The notes: generated by a model from the letters alone, not told the origin. A stretch of 53,484 nt of DNA from Rhodobiaceae bacterium (GCA_002723035.1 PBNH01000024.1:1-53484); one strand, 5' to 3'; shown: positions 45,840 to 53,484, counted from the first letter of the stretch. Numbers and translations: made by a program.

Positions 45840-47060
45840 ATGTTACTTATGAATTTTGAGGAAGATACTAAAAAAGTTTTACAAGGCTTTGAAGAAGAGA
45901 GAGAAAGAACAGGTCCTCCCGAGGGATTTCCTGGTTTTCCTCTAATTCCTGGCGAGCGCTATACTGATCCAGAATTTCAAAAACTTGAAATTAAATATTT
46001 ATGGCAAAGATCCTGGGTTTATGCCTGTCATTTGGACGAAGTTCCGGATAAAGGATCATATCTAATATGGGATAAGCTCAAAGCACCCATCCTAATTGTT
46101 AATTCTGGTGATGATAAAATTAAAGCTTTCTATAACACATGCAGACATAGAGGAGCTCCAGTAGCCACTAAGAGAAAAGGCAAAGCAAGGTTACTGGTTT
46201 GCACTTATCATGGATGGAGTTATGATCTTGATGGAAATCTAATCAATCTTAGATCACCCAGAGATTTTGTTGACCTTGATAAAAGTTGTCAAAATTTAAT
46301 TGAAGTATCATGTGATAGATTGGGCAAGTGGATTTTTGTAAACCTAGATCCAGATGCAGAAAATTTAAGAGATTATCTTGGAATTGTTGCAGATCATATG
46401 GAACAGTTTCAACCCAATAATCTCAGACATGTGCATTCAAAAACTTACCCAGTTGAAAGTAATGTAAAAGTTCTTTTAGATGCTTTTCTTGAGGTTTATC
46501 ATGTTCCATCTATTCATCAAAAAACTGTTAACAGATTTATTGATATCGAAGGCACAACGATCAATTTATGGCCCAACGGTCATTCAAGAATGGTCACCCC
46601 TCATAGAAGAGATGATTGGAAAGACCCAGGCGCCAAAGGGTTAAAAGAAATTGATACTGTAACTGAGATACCAAAAAATCATAATGCTTCTTATAGTTTT
46701 TATCCTAACCTAGTTACACCTCCCTCTTCAACTGGCATACCCTTTTTAACATTTTGGCCAACATCTGATGATACATGTGAAGTGGATGTTCATTGGTTTT
46801 CACCTGACTGGGGCGATGGAGATTTACCAGATATTTGGGAGACTAGAATACAAAACTTTGAAGATATTTTATATGAAGATACTCAATTTGCTCCTGAAAT
46901 TCAGGCTAGTGTTTCAAGCCCAGGATTTAAAGGCGTTCTTCTTAATTATCAAGAGAGAAGAATCTATAGATGGCATGAAGAATTAGATAAAAAAATCGGT
47001 CATAATAGGATGAAAGATTTAAGCATTCCAAAAGTCCTTGATCCTTTCATAGAAAAATAA
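45840..47060 (+). CDS. Rieske [2Fe-2S] non-heme-iron oxygenase, alpha-only (phthalate/KshA-type) family
   Basis: Rieske motif CRHRGAPV-x16-CTYHGWSY and mononuclear-iron motif EVYHVPSIH. It is about 400 aa with no beta-subunit gene adjacent. The start may be the Met at 45849. Confidence 0.9.
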   Translation: MLLMNFEEDTKKVLQGFEEERERTGPPEGFPGFPLIPGERYTDPEFQKLEIKYLWQRSWVYACHLDEVPDKGSYLIWDKLKAPILIVNSGDDKIKAFYNTCRHRGAPVATKRKGKARLLVCTYHGWSYDLDGNLINLRSPRDFVDLDKSCQNLIEVSCDRLGKWIFVNLDPDAENLRDYLGIVADHMEQFQPNNLRHVHSKTYPVESNVKVLLDAFLEVYHVPSIHQKTVNRFIDIEGTTINLWPNGHSRMVTPHRRDDWKDPGAKGLKEIDTVTEIPKNHNASYSFYPNLVTPPSSTGIPFLTFWPTSDDTCEVDVHWFSPDWGDGDLPDIWETRIQNFEDILYEDTQFAPEIQASVSSPGFKGVLLNYQERRIYRWHEELDKKIGHNRMKDLSIPKVLDPFIEK

Positions 47061-47087
47061 TTATAAGTTAAATAATAGGGAAATTTT

Positions 47088-47957
47088 ATGCAAAATGAGC
47101 AAAAATTTGGTTTGTCATTTGAAGAATTGGCAACAAGGGAAACGGTTTATAAAGAAAATTTATTACATGATCATTCAGTCTTAATTACTGGTGCTGGAAG
47201 TGGTATGGGTAAAGCCATGGCATTTCTTTTTGCAAGACTGGGTGCAAATGTAACTATTTGCGGAAGAAAGGAAGAAAAGCTTGTAAAGGTATATGATGAA
47301 ATTTTAGAGAGATGTGGTAAAGAAATCTTTTGGCAAGTGACAAATGTCAGAGATCCTGAGATGGTTGAAAATTTACTTGATGGAATTCTTCATCGTAATA
47401 AGAAAATTAACACCGTAATAAATAATGCTGGAGGACAATTTCCTCAAGATGCAATTGATTTTTCAAGAAAAGGCTGGTTGGCAGTTTTAGATTTAAATTT
47501 AAATGCACCTTGGTGGGTAATGCAAGAAGCTGCAAAAAGATGGAAAAAATCTGGGACATCAGGAAACATAATTAATCTTGTTGCAAACGTAGAAAGAGGA
47601 ATGCCACAGGCTGCTCATACATGCGCTGCTCGCGCAGGTACAATTTACCTTTCAAAAACTCTAGCAACCGAGTGGGCTCCGCATAAAATAAGAGTTAATT
47701 GCATTGCTCCCGGAACTATTGAAACTGAAGGTTTTGAGGTATACCCTCCTGATGCACTTGAGAGATTTCATAAAGCAAATCCAATGCAAAAACTTGGTGA
47801 TGTTTGGGATATTGCTGAAGCATCTATTTATTTAGCTCATGAAACTGGTAGTTTTATAACTGGTGAAGTTTTAACTATTGATGGGGGAATGTCTCAATGG
47901 GGAGTTGTATGGCCTGCAGGAATGCCAGATTATTTTAAAATGAATGGTGGCGATTAA
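47088..47957 (+). CDS. SDR-family reductase, PECR/DECR-like (trans-2-enoyl-CoA / 2,4-dienoyl-CoA reductase type)
   Basis: TGAGSGMGKA and NNAGG motifs. The active-site region AAHTCAARAGTIYLSKTLATEWA resembles PECR/DECR rather than the classical YxxxK. Confidence 0.8.
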   Translation: MQNEQKFGLSFEELATRETVYKENLLHDHSVLITGAGSGMGKAMAFLFARLGANVTICGRKEEKLVKVYDEILERCGKEIFWQVTNVRDPEMVENLLDGILHRNKKINTVINNAGGQFPQDAIDFSRKGWLAVLDLNLNAPWWVMQEAAKRWKKSGTSGNIINLVANVERGMPQAAHTCAARAGTIYLSKTLATEWAPHKIRVNCIAPGTIETEGFEVYPPDALERFHKANPMQKLGDVWDIAEASIYLAHETGSFITGEVLTIDGGMSQWGVVWPAGMPDYFKMNGGD

Positions 47958-48080
47958 TATTAATAAAAAAATATTTATATTGATTAAAACTTTTTTTCAG
48001 TCAAAATTTAATTATACAAAAATTTATTTAATTATTATTCAATTATCTGACTAATAAAAAATTTGTAAAAGGAGAGGGAA

Positions 48081-49055
48081 GTGCAGTTAAGTAAAGATAA
48101 GTTAATAGATGCCTATACAAGAATGAAAAAGATTCGTGTTTTTGAGGAAACTATGCGCGATGAATTTGCTAAAGGTACTGTTCCTGCGTTTATTCATCTT
48201 TATATTGGTCAAGAAGCTATTGCATCAGGAATATGTGTTGAACTTAATGATAATGATACAATTGCAAGCACTCACAGAGGTCACGGTCATTGCTTAGCAA
48301 AAAATTCTGATCTTGAAAGAATGACTATGGAAATTTTTTGTAGAGCAGATGGATTATGTGAAGGCAAAGGCGGTTCAATGCATATTGCAGATTTATCCGT
48401 TGGAATGCTTGGTGCCAATGCGATTGTAGGAGCTAATGCCCCTATTGCTGTTGGTGCGGCTCTAAGGCAAAGAGTAATGGGTGAAAATTTAGTATCTGCT
48501 GCATTTATTGGTGATGGTGCTTCTAATCAAGGTGCAGTTTTTGAGGCTATGAATTTAGCGAGTGTTTTAAAGCTTCCAGTTTTATTTGTCTTTGAAAATA
48601 ATGGTTATGCTGAATTTACTGGTGTTGATTATCATTGTGGTGGTGGAGATATTGCTGGCAGGGCTGAAGGTTTTGGAATGCCGTCATATAAATTAGATGG
48701 ATCAGATTTTTTTGCTGTTCAAGAGGCTGCGGCTGAAGCAGTTGAAAGAGCAAGAAGAGGTGATGGACCAAGTGCCATAGAGTGTTATGCTAAAAGGTGG
48801 TATGGTCATTTTGAAGGAGACCCCCAACATTACAGGACAAAAGAAGAACTTGAAACTATCAGAAAAGATAGTGATCCTCTAAAAATTTTTAGGCAAAAAG
48901 TAGAAGATGCAGGTTTAGTTGAGAGTAGTGACTTAGATACCATTGATGAAGATTTACTATCTCAGGTTACAAATGCAGTAGAAAAAGCAAAAAATAGTCC
49001 TCTACCCAATGTAGAGGAATTGACAACCAATGTTTATGAAAAAGGGAGCTATTAA
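48081..49055 (+). CDS. thiamine-diphosphate-dependent 2-oxoacid/acetoin dehydrogenase E1 alpha subunit (AcoA-like size)
   Basis: TPP motif GDGASNQGAVFEAMNLASVLKLPVLFVFENNGYA. GTG start with an AGGAGAGGGA RBS. 324 aa. Confidence 0.9.
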   Translation: MQLSKDKLIDAYTRMKKIRVFEETMRDEFAKGTVPAFIHLYIGQEAIASGICVELNDNDTIASTHRGHGHCLAKNSDLERMTMEIFCRADGLCEGKGGSMHIADLSVGMLGANAIVGANAPIAVGAALRQRVMGENLVSAAFIGDGASNQGAVFEAMNLASVLKLPVLFVFENNGYAEFTGVDYHCGGGDIAGRAEGFGMPSYKLDGSDFFAVQEAAAEAVERARRGDGPSAIECYAKRWYGHFEGDPQHYRTKEELETIRKDSDPLKIFRQKVEDAGLVESSDLDTIDEDLLSQVTNAVEKAKNSPLPNVEELTTNVYEKGSY

Positions 49056-50069
49056 ATGACTATTAAGACTTACAGAGAAGCAATCATTGAAGCTATGATC
49101 CTTGAAATGAAACGTGATGAAAAGGTTTTTGTTATTGGAGAGGATATTTCTGGAGGCAGAGGTTGCGATGATTTTGAAGGCGAAGCAGCCGGTGGACCTA
49201 TGGGATTAACTCAGGGTCTTTGGGATGAATTTGGTGCTAAAAGAGTTATAGATACTCCAATAAGTGAAACAGCAATTATGGGTGCTGCAGCTGGAGCTGC
49301 CTTATCTGGCCTCAGGCCAATAGCAGAATTGATGTTTTCGGATTTCTTTGGTGTGTGTTTTGATCAAATTTATAATCAGGCCGCAAAATTTCGGTTTATG
49401 TATGGTGATCAAGGGGCTACTCCTCTAGTTATAAGAACTATGATAGGAGCTGGAATAGGTTGTGGTCCTCAGCACTCTCAATCACCATATTCTATTTTTG
49501 CCAATATTCCTGGTTTAAAAGTTGTAACTCCTTCGAACCCTTATGATGCAAAAGGTCTATTAATTTCTTCAATAAGAGATAATGATCCGGTTATTTTCTG
49601 TGAACATAAAGCTCTTTTAGGTATGGATGGTGAAGTACCTGATGATTCTTATGAAGTTCCATTAGGTAAAGGAAAGATTTTAAAAGAAGGTAGTGATATT
49701 TCAATTGTAGCTATTGGACAAATGGTTGGAGTTGTTCAAAATTGTATAAAAAATTTAGAACAAAAGGGTATATCTGCTGAGATTATTGACCCAAGATCAT
49801 TATCACCTTTTGACGATGAAATGGTATATGACAGTGTAGAAAAGACCGGAAGGCTTTTAGTTTTAGATGAGTCAAATCCAGTTTGTTCATTTGGTTCTTG
49901 GATAACAAGTATGGTTTCGGAAGAGGTTTTTTCATCTTTAAAGGCACCAACCAAAGTTCTTACGCCCCCACATTGTCCAGTTCCAGCTGCGCCAAATTTA
50001 GAAGCGGCATATTTACCAGATATGGAAACAATAATTGGTGCTTCAGAGAATTTAAAAAACTATACTTAA
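49056..50069 (+). CDS. 2-oxoacid/acetoin dehydrogenase E1 beta subunit (AcoB-like)
   Basis: Transketolase-like Pyr domain (RVIDTPISETAIMGAAAGAAL) plus a C-terminal domain. The ATG follows the E1-alpha stop immediately. 337 aa. Confidence 0.9.
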   Translation: MTIKTYREAIIEAMILEMKRDEKVFVIGEDISGGRGCDDFEGEAAGGPMGLTQGLWDEFGAKRVIDTPISETAIMGAAAGAALSGLRPIAELMFSDFFGVCFDQIYNQAAKFRFMYGDQGATPLVIRTMIGAGIGCGPQHSQSPYSIFANIPGLKVVTPSNPYDAKGLLISSIRDNDPVIFCEHKALLGMDGEVPDDSYEVPLGKGKILKEGSDISIVAIGQMVGVVQNCIKNLEQKGISAEIIDPRSLSPFDDEMVYDSVEKTGRLLVLDESNPVCSFGSWITSMVSEEVFSSLKAPTKVLTPPHCPVPAAPNLEAAYLPDMETIIGASENLKNYT

Positions 50070-51922
50070 TTTTCAATTTCAAAGCTGAGTAAAATATTTC
50101 CTGGCATGTTGCCACCATATTGATAGCCAGAGTTTACATATAGATTATTTCCGCTAATTACTGGTCCTAAACCTTCAATGGTTCCTCCATATGCCCTAAT
50201 ATTAGATAATTCAGAAAAATCTCTATTTGTATTAAATTCCCAAAGTAAATTTCCCTTTTCACTATCAAGTATATAAAGCCATCCATCCATACCAGCACCT
50301 ATTATAATATCATTAGTTGACGAAAGTGCCGCCGAAATGCCTCTGTCACATGAACTTAGTCCATTGCATCTATCTTTCGGTTCAAACTTCCAATTAATAT
50401 CACCATTAATTGCATTTAAAGAATAAATACCAGGTGTAGCTGGGCCAGGAAATTTATTAATATAATTCTTATCTGCAATTGGTGCATAAATATTGTCATC
50501 ATCTATTGTCATACCCCAATGAACACCACCAGCAAAACCGCCTCTACCAATTTTTTTTGACCATAGAAGCTTACCACTTTGATCTGGATCTAGGGCATAT
50601 ACATGACCTGACTTTCTGCCTCCAAAAAGAATGTTTCTACCTTTACTTGTTTTCATCAAAATTGTTGAAGCGCCAAAATCCCAATCAGGACCATCTTCTT
50701 TTGGGCAACCTGATTTAGGAGAAATAAAGCATCCCATATTCCATGCATCACCAGTTTGCGCCTGAAATGACCATACAATTCCACCTTTAGATTTATCAAT
50801 AGCAAGTATTGCATCGCTTGTATCAGCTGCTGGAGAGGTATATGATTCGCCTGTACCAACATAAACAAGATTTCTTTCATCATCAATCGTTGGCGAATTC
50901 CATACTGGCACACCTGATGGTGCTAAGATTTTCTTGCCAGATTCATTATAGTCTCCTAAATGCTTTGCGGGAACTGGTATTGAATATGTTGTCCATAATT
51001 CCTCGCCAGTAATTGCATCCAAGGCCATAACTCCTCCTCTAAAAGTACAACATTCATAATCTGGATTTGCACCATCGGCCCATTCCCTAGAGGATAAAGG
51101 TACATATATTACTTCATCATAAACTCTGACAGATCCTGTTAATATTACCCTTGGGTGATATCTTAGGGATTTTATCCAAATATTTTCACCTGACAAAGCA
51201 TCAAATTTATATACATTTCCTTCATAATCCCCTGCATAAATAAAATATTTATTATTTATTTTCTCTATTACTGGAGCGGATCTAATTTCTCCTTGAATTT
51301 TTGTCATCCACCTTACGCATCCTGTTTCTCTATCAAGGGCATATAGGTTTGAATTTTGACCGCCGATATAAATAACATTACCAGAAACGGAGGGTTGTGA
51401 TCTCGATCTTGTAGCTCCAGGAAATGCAAAAACCCACTTTAATCTCATAGTTTTAGCATTGTCGCTATTTATTTTTGATTTAGCTCTGCGTGTATTTTGT
51501 TTATCATAGCCCCATTGCGAGTATGAGTCTTTTTCATCAAAATTAATTTTTGTGTCTAATATTTCTGCGCTACAAAAATTTGGTTCTGGAATATTTGTGG
51601 ATACACTTCCACCTGAAATAAATTCTGCAAGTTTGATTTTTTCATCTTTATTTAAATGGGATGCTTGCGAGGACATTACACCATTTAATGTTTCCAAAAT
51701 ATAATCAGCTGACATTGCTGAAAATGTTGTAGCATGGGGAGCTCTTGGAACACCTCCACTATGACAACTTATACATGAGTTATTGAATATTTCTACCGAT
51801 TTTTTATCTGTTGCACCTGCAAATAAATCAGCATTTTGTGTTTCCTTTTCAGGAGAGGCACTAGCCAATAAACAAGTATTAAAAATAAATATTGATAAAA
51901 ATAATATATAAAATTTTTTCAT
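50066..51922 (-). CDS. periplasmic quinohemoprotein: N-terminal cytochrome c domain plus PQQ-type beta-propeller dehydrogenase (polyvinyl-alcohol-dehydrogenase-like layout)
   Basis: Signal peptide, a heme-c motif CISCHSG near the N-terminus, then repeated PQQ-propeller-like blades (G.V.W, many W/G repeats). The domain order is opposite to type-II quinohemoprotein ADHs. Confidence 0.7.
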   Translation of the reverse strand: MKKFYILFLSIFIFNTCLLASASPEKETQNADLFAGATDKKSVEIFNNSCISCHSGGVPRAPHATTFSAMSADYILETLNGVMSSQASHLNKDEKIKLAEFISGGSVSTNIPEPNFCSAEILDTKINFDEKDSYSQWGYDKQNTRRAKSKINSDNAKTMRLKWVFAFPGATRSRSQPSVSGNVIYIGGQNSNLYALDRETGCVRWMTKIQGEIRSAPVIEKINNKYFIYAGDYEGNVYKFDALSGENIWIKSLRYHPRVILTGSVRVYDEVIYVPLSSREWADGANPDYECCTFRGGVMALDAITGEELWTTYSIPVPAKHLGDYNESGKKILAPSGVPVWNSPTIDDERNLVYVGTGESYTSPAADTSDAILAIDKSKGGIVWSFQAQTGDAWNMGCFISPKSGCPKEDGPDWDFGASTILMKTSKGRNILFGGRKSGHVYALDPDQSGKLLWSKKIGRGGFAGGVHWGMTIDDDNIYAPIADKNYINKFPGPATPGIYSLNAINGDINWKFEPKDRCNGLSSCDRGISAALSSTNDIIIGAGMDGWLYILDSEKGNLLWEFNTNRDFSELSNIRAYGGTIEGLGPVISGNNLYVNSGYQYGGNMPGNILLSFEIEN

Positions 51923-51927
51923 TTTCT

Positions 51928-52569
51928 TTATTTTGAAATTCCCGTGAGTAAATTATTAACTAGTTCCGAAGATACTTTACCAATATTTATATTTTTACTT
52001 GTCAAAACTTTTCTAATACCAATATGTTCAAGACCACCTAAGTATTGATCTCTAAATATATTAAAGTTTGTTGAGCTTAAAATTTCTTTATTATCTATAC
52101 CTCTATCAAAAACTTTTTTAATAAGGCTGGAATATCTCTTATTCATTTCATGAATTGGCGACCCTATATAGTTATTCCATCTAAGCTCTCTAAATAAAAT
52201 AATGTGTAATTTTGGAGCACTTTTCATTCCTTCAAGATATCTTATAGCTATAAATAATAAGCTAGAGTGTAAATCTGAAATATCTCTAATATCTGCTTCC
52301 ATTTTTTCAATAAATGGTTCAGCCCAGTCAATATAAACCTGATTTAAAAGGTCATTTTTATCATTAAAATATTTATATAAAGTTGCTTCAGAAACACCTG
52401 CTGCTTTCGATATTTTCATCATTGATAAACCTTTGATACCTTTTTCTTCAAGAATTTTTTTTGATGCTCTTATAATTTCGGGAGGCCTAGCATCCTTTCT
52501 TCTTTTCCAAGAGCTATTTTGGAGATGTTTAATTTTAACAACACTGTTCTTTGAAACTTGATTTTTCAT
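51928..52569 (-). CDS. TetR/AcrR-family transcriptional regulator
   Basis: N-terminal HTH (MMKISKAAGVSEATLYKYFNDKNDLL). 213 aa. Its stop lies 5 nt before the quinohemoprotein start. Confidence 0.85.
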   Translation of the reverse strand: MKNQVSKNSVVKIKHLQNSSWKRRKDARPPEIIRASKKILEEKGIKGLSMMKISKAAGVSEATLYKYFNDKNDLLNQVYIDWAEPFIEKMEADIRDISDLHSSLLFIAIRYLEGMKSAPKLHIILFRELRWNNYIGSPIHEMNKRYSSLIKKVFDRGIDNKEILSSTNFNIFRDQYLGGLEHIGIRKVLTSKNINIGKVSSELVNNLLTGISK

Positions 52570-52674
52570 AATCTACTTATTTACTTTCTAACAGTTAATT
52601 TAAATTAATTTCAATATAATTTTATATTACACTTTATTTAAAAGGTAAAATTAAGGCAGATATTTTAATTAAAA

Positions 52675-53091
52675 TTAGTAAACGTTTCTTAGCTTCAGCC
52701 ACCAATCCTGAACTTCTGCAGCATGACTAACACCATATTCCTTGGCTAAATCTGAGGCATCTTCAGGAACGGACTCCATCTTGGTTATACCAACCGGTGC
52801 AGCATCATCAATTGGATCTAACCACTCAAGATCTATACTATCTATGACACCATCATATTGTGAACCAGCTTCTTCATGGTGCTCGCTTATTTGATGTTTT
52901 AATAAAAAATCCAAATAAGTTGGATAAACAAGAAGAGTGTAATATGAGTTTTTTTCTCTCCCACGATAATATTCATATCTTATTATACAATCCTCTTTCG
53001 CATGTGATTGCCTGTAAAGCTCTTTTGATAATTCTTCGAATTTTTGCTCTTGTCCATCAACAATTTTAATATGTGCAAGTAATGACGACAT
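52675..53091 (-). CDS. ABM (antibiotic-biosynthesis-monooxygenase / Dabb fold)-like protein with C-terminal extension
   Basis: The first ~90 aa follow the ABM beta-alpha-beta pattern (LLAHIKIVDGQEQKFEE...IIRYEYYRG...YTLLVYPTYLDFLLKHQISEHH). This is pattern-level evidence only. Confidence 0.45.
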   Translation of the reverse strand: MSSLLAHIKIVDGQEQKFEELSKELYRQSHAKEDCIIRYEYYRGREKNSYYTLLVYPTYLDFLLKHQISEHHEEAGSQYDGVIDSIDLEWLDPIDDAAPVGITKMESVPEDASDLAKEYGVSHAAEVQDWWLKLRNVY

Positions 53092-53109
53092 TTTTATCTC
53101 CTAAAAAAA

Positions 53110-53484
53110 TTAATTTCCATTATAAAGTTTTCTATATTTCTCACTATCTGTTCTTAAATTCATACCTAAAAATAATCCTTCAAGAGCTCCACTAACATTT
53201 TCAGCTTCAGTAGAAAAATTACTATCCAAGATATAAAGTCTCTTGCTTATTTTCCATCCATCTGGTGTATCTGTAAATTCATCATGATATCTACCAAAAA
53301 AGATATTAATATTTTTAATTGAGTTATTTTCAATTTCACCTCCAGCAGTAAGGCCGTAGCTTTCAACCTCTGCCTTATTTCCTTTTAATTCAACTGCTAC
53401 ATTAGTTATTGTGTGCCAGCTATGGCCACTTTTTTCAATCTCCATGACTACAGGGATGAAGCCTTTGGCATCTCCAGCATAAAA
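53110..53484 (-). CDS. SnoaL-like / NTF2-fold protein (5' end beyond window)
   Basis: The reading frame stays open upstream of the track's Met to the window edge (FYAGDAKGFIPVVMEIEK...). The SnoaL_4-like pattern H..TN..V.L.G..A...SY....GRYHDEF....DGWKIS.R is present. Confidence 0.55.
   Translation of the reverse strand, partial: FYAGDAKGFIPVVMEIEKSGHSWHTITNVAVELKGNKAEVESYGLTAGGEIENNSIKNINIFFGRYHDEFTDTPDGWKISKRLYILDSNFSTEAENVSGALEGLFLGMNLRTDSEKYRKLYNGN

Noticed and set aside
3130-53069. Short ORFs in the track that lie inside or antisense to much longer, family-assignable genes. Examples are 3130-3342, 4423-4614, 7907-8092, 8623-9446 (three ORFs), 11689-11934, 14064-14249, 17916-18712 (three ORFs), 20561-20956, 21504-22422, 22903-23100, 24530-24817, 26108-28951 (three ORFs), 30499-30771, 32402-33430, 35042-35224, 36020-36289, 38086-38758, 39770-40036, 41328-41540, 42155-42343, 44230-44760, 46768-46986, 49736-50092, 50479-51012 and 52860-53069.
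   Set aside because: Each is fully embedded in a gene with clear family motifs on the other strand or frame. None has recognisable motifs or a convincing RBS, and their compositions look like mirror-frame artefacts. The longest (131 aa, 20561-20956) is antisense to the HIBCH gene. I cannot exclude a real overlapping gene, but nothing supports one.

Overview
AT-rich (by eye about one-third G+C or less, not computed), very gene-dense chromosomal segment from a streamlined, probably marine, proteobacterium. There is no rRNA, so taxonomy is a guess; the murA-hisG coupling and the murA(-)/rpoN(+) arrangement recall Beta/Gammaproteobacteria. I can support about 52 CDS, including three that are not in the ORF track: a hisG fragment and two low-confidence small ORFs. 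I also support one tRNA-Thr(GGU), one decayed pseudogene, two clear intrinsic terminators and a few candidate regulatory sites. I saw no transposase, integrase, phage, CRISPR or recognisable defence or toxin-antitoxin genes. Layout: (1) 1-1.7 kb holds hisG', murA and tRNA-Thr. (2) 1.7-13.4 kb is an accessory-looking block: small membrane protein, GFA, Tat-secreted short PhoX-like protein, YfcG-like GST, MFS-CoA-transferase-esterase operon, DASS symporter, enone reductase, double DsbA/HCCA-isomerase protein and moaA. (3) rpoN follows. (4) 15.2-24 kb holds an omega-aminotransferase and a valine/3-hydroxy-acid catabolic operon ending in acs, with a SucD/SauS-type acylating aldehyde dehydrogenase where mmsA is expected. 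(5) 24.2-31.5 kb is one minus-strand operon: NodT-MFP-RND efflux pump, then cytochrome P450, then rhodanese. (6) 31.7-34.9 kb holds MaoC, M20 amidohydrolase, SDR and HCCA isomerase. (7) 35-37 kb holds a sigma54-type promoter, a TIGR02001 outer-membrane protein and amt, followed by a deleted glcD/dld-like pseudogene. (8) 37.5-53.5 kb is a large acyl-CoA catabolic cluster: CoA ligase, Cys-less DUF35, atypical thiolase-like protein, apparent two-subunit ACAD, MaoC hydratase, alpha-only Rieske oxygenase and SDR. It continues with an orphan TPP E1 alpha/beta pair, a TetR regulator, a quinohemoprotein PQQ dehydrogenase, and ABM-like and SnoaL-like proteins. The best candidates for something undescribed are this steroid-side-chain-like cluster with its unusual add-ons, and the efflux-P450-rhodanese operon. 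Both rest on gene content only; nothing here proves a new system.
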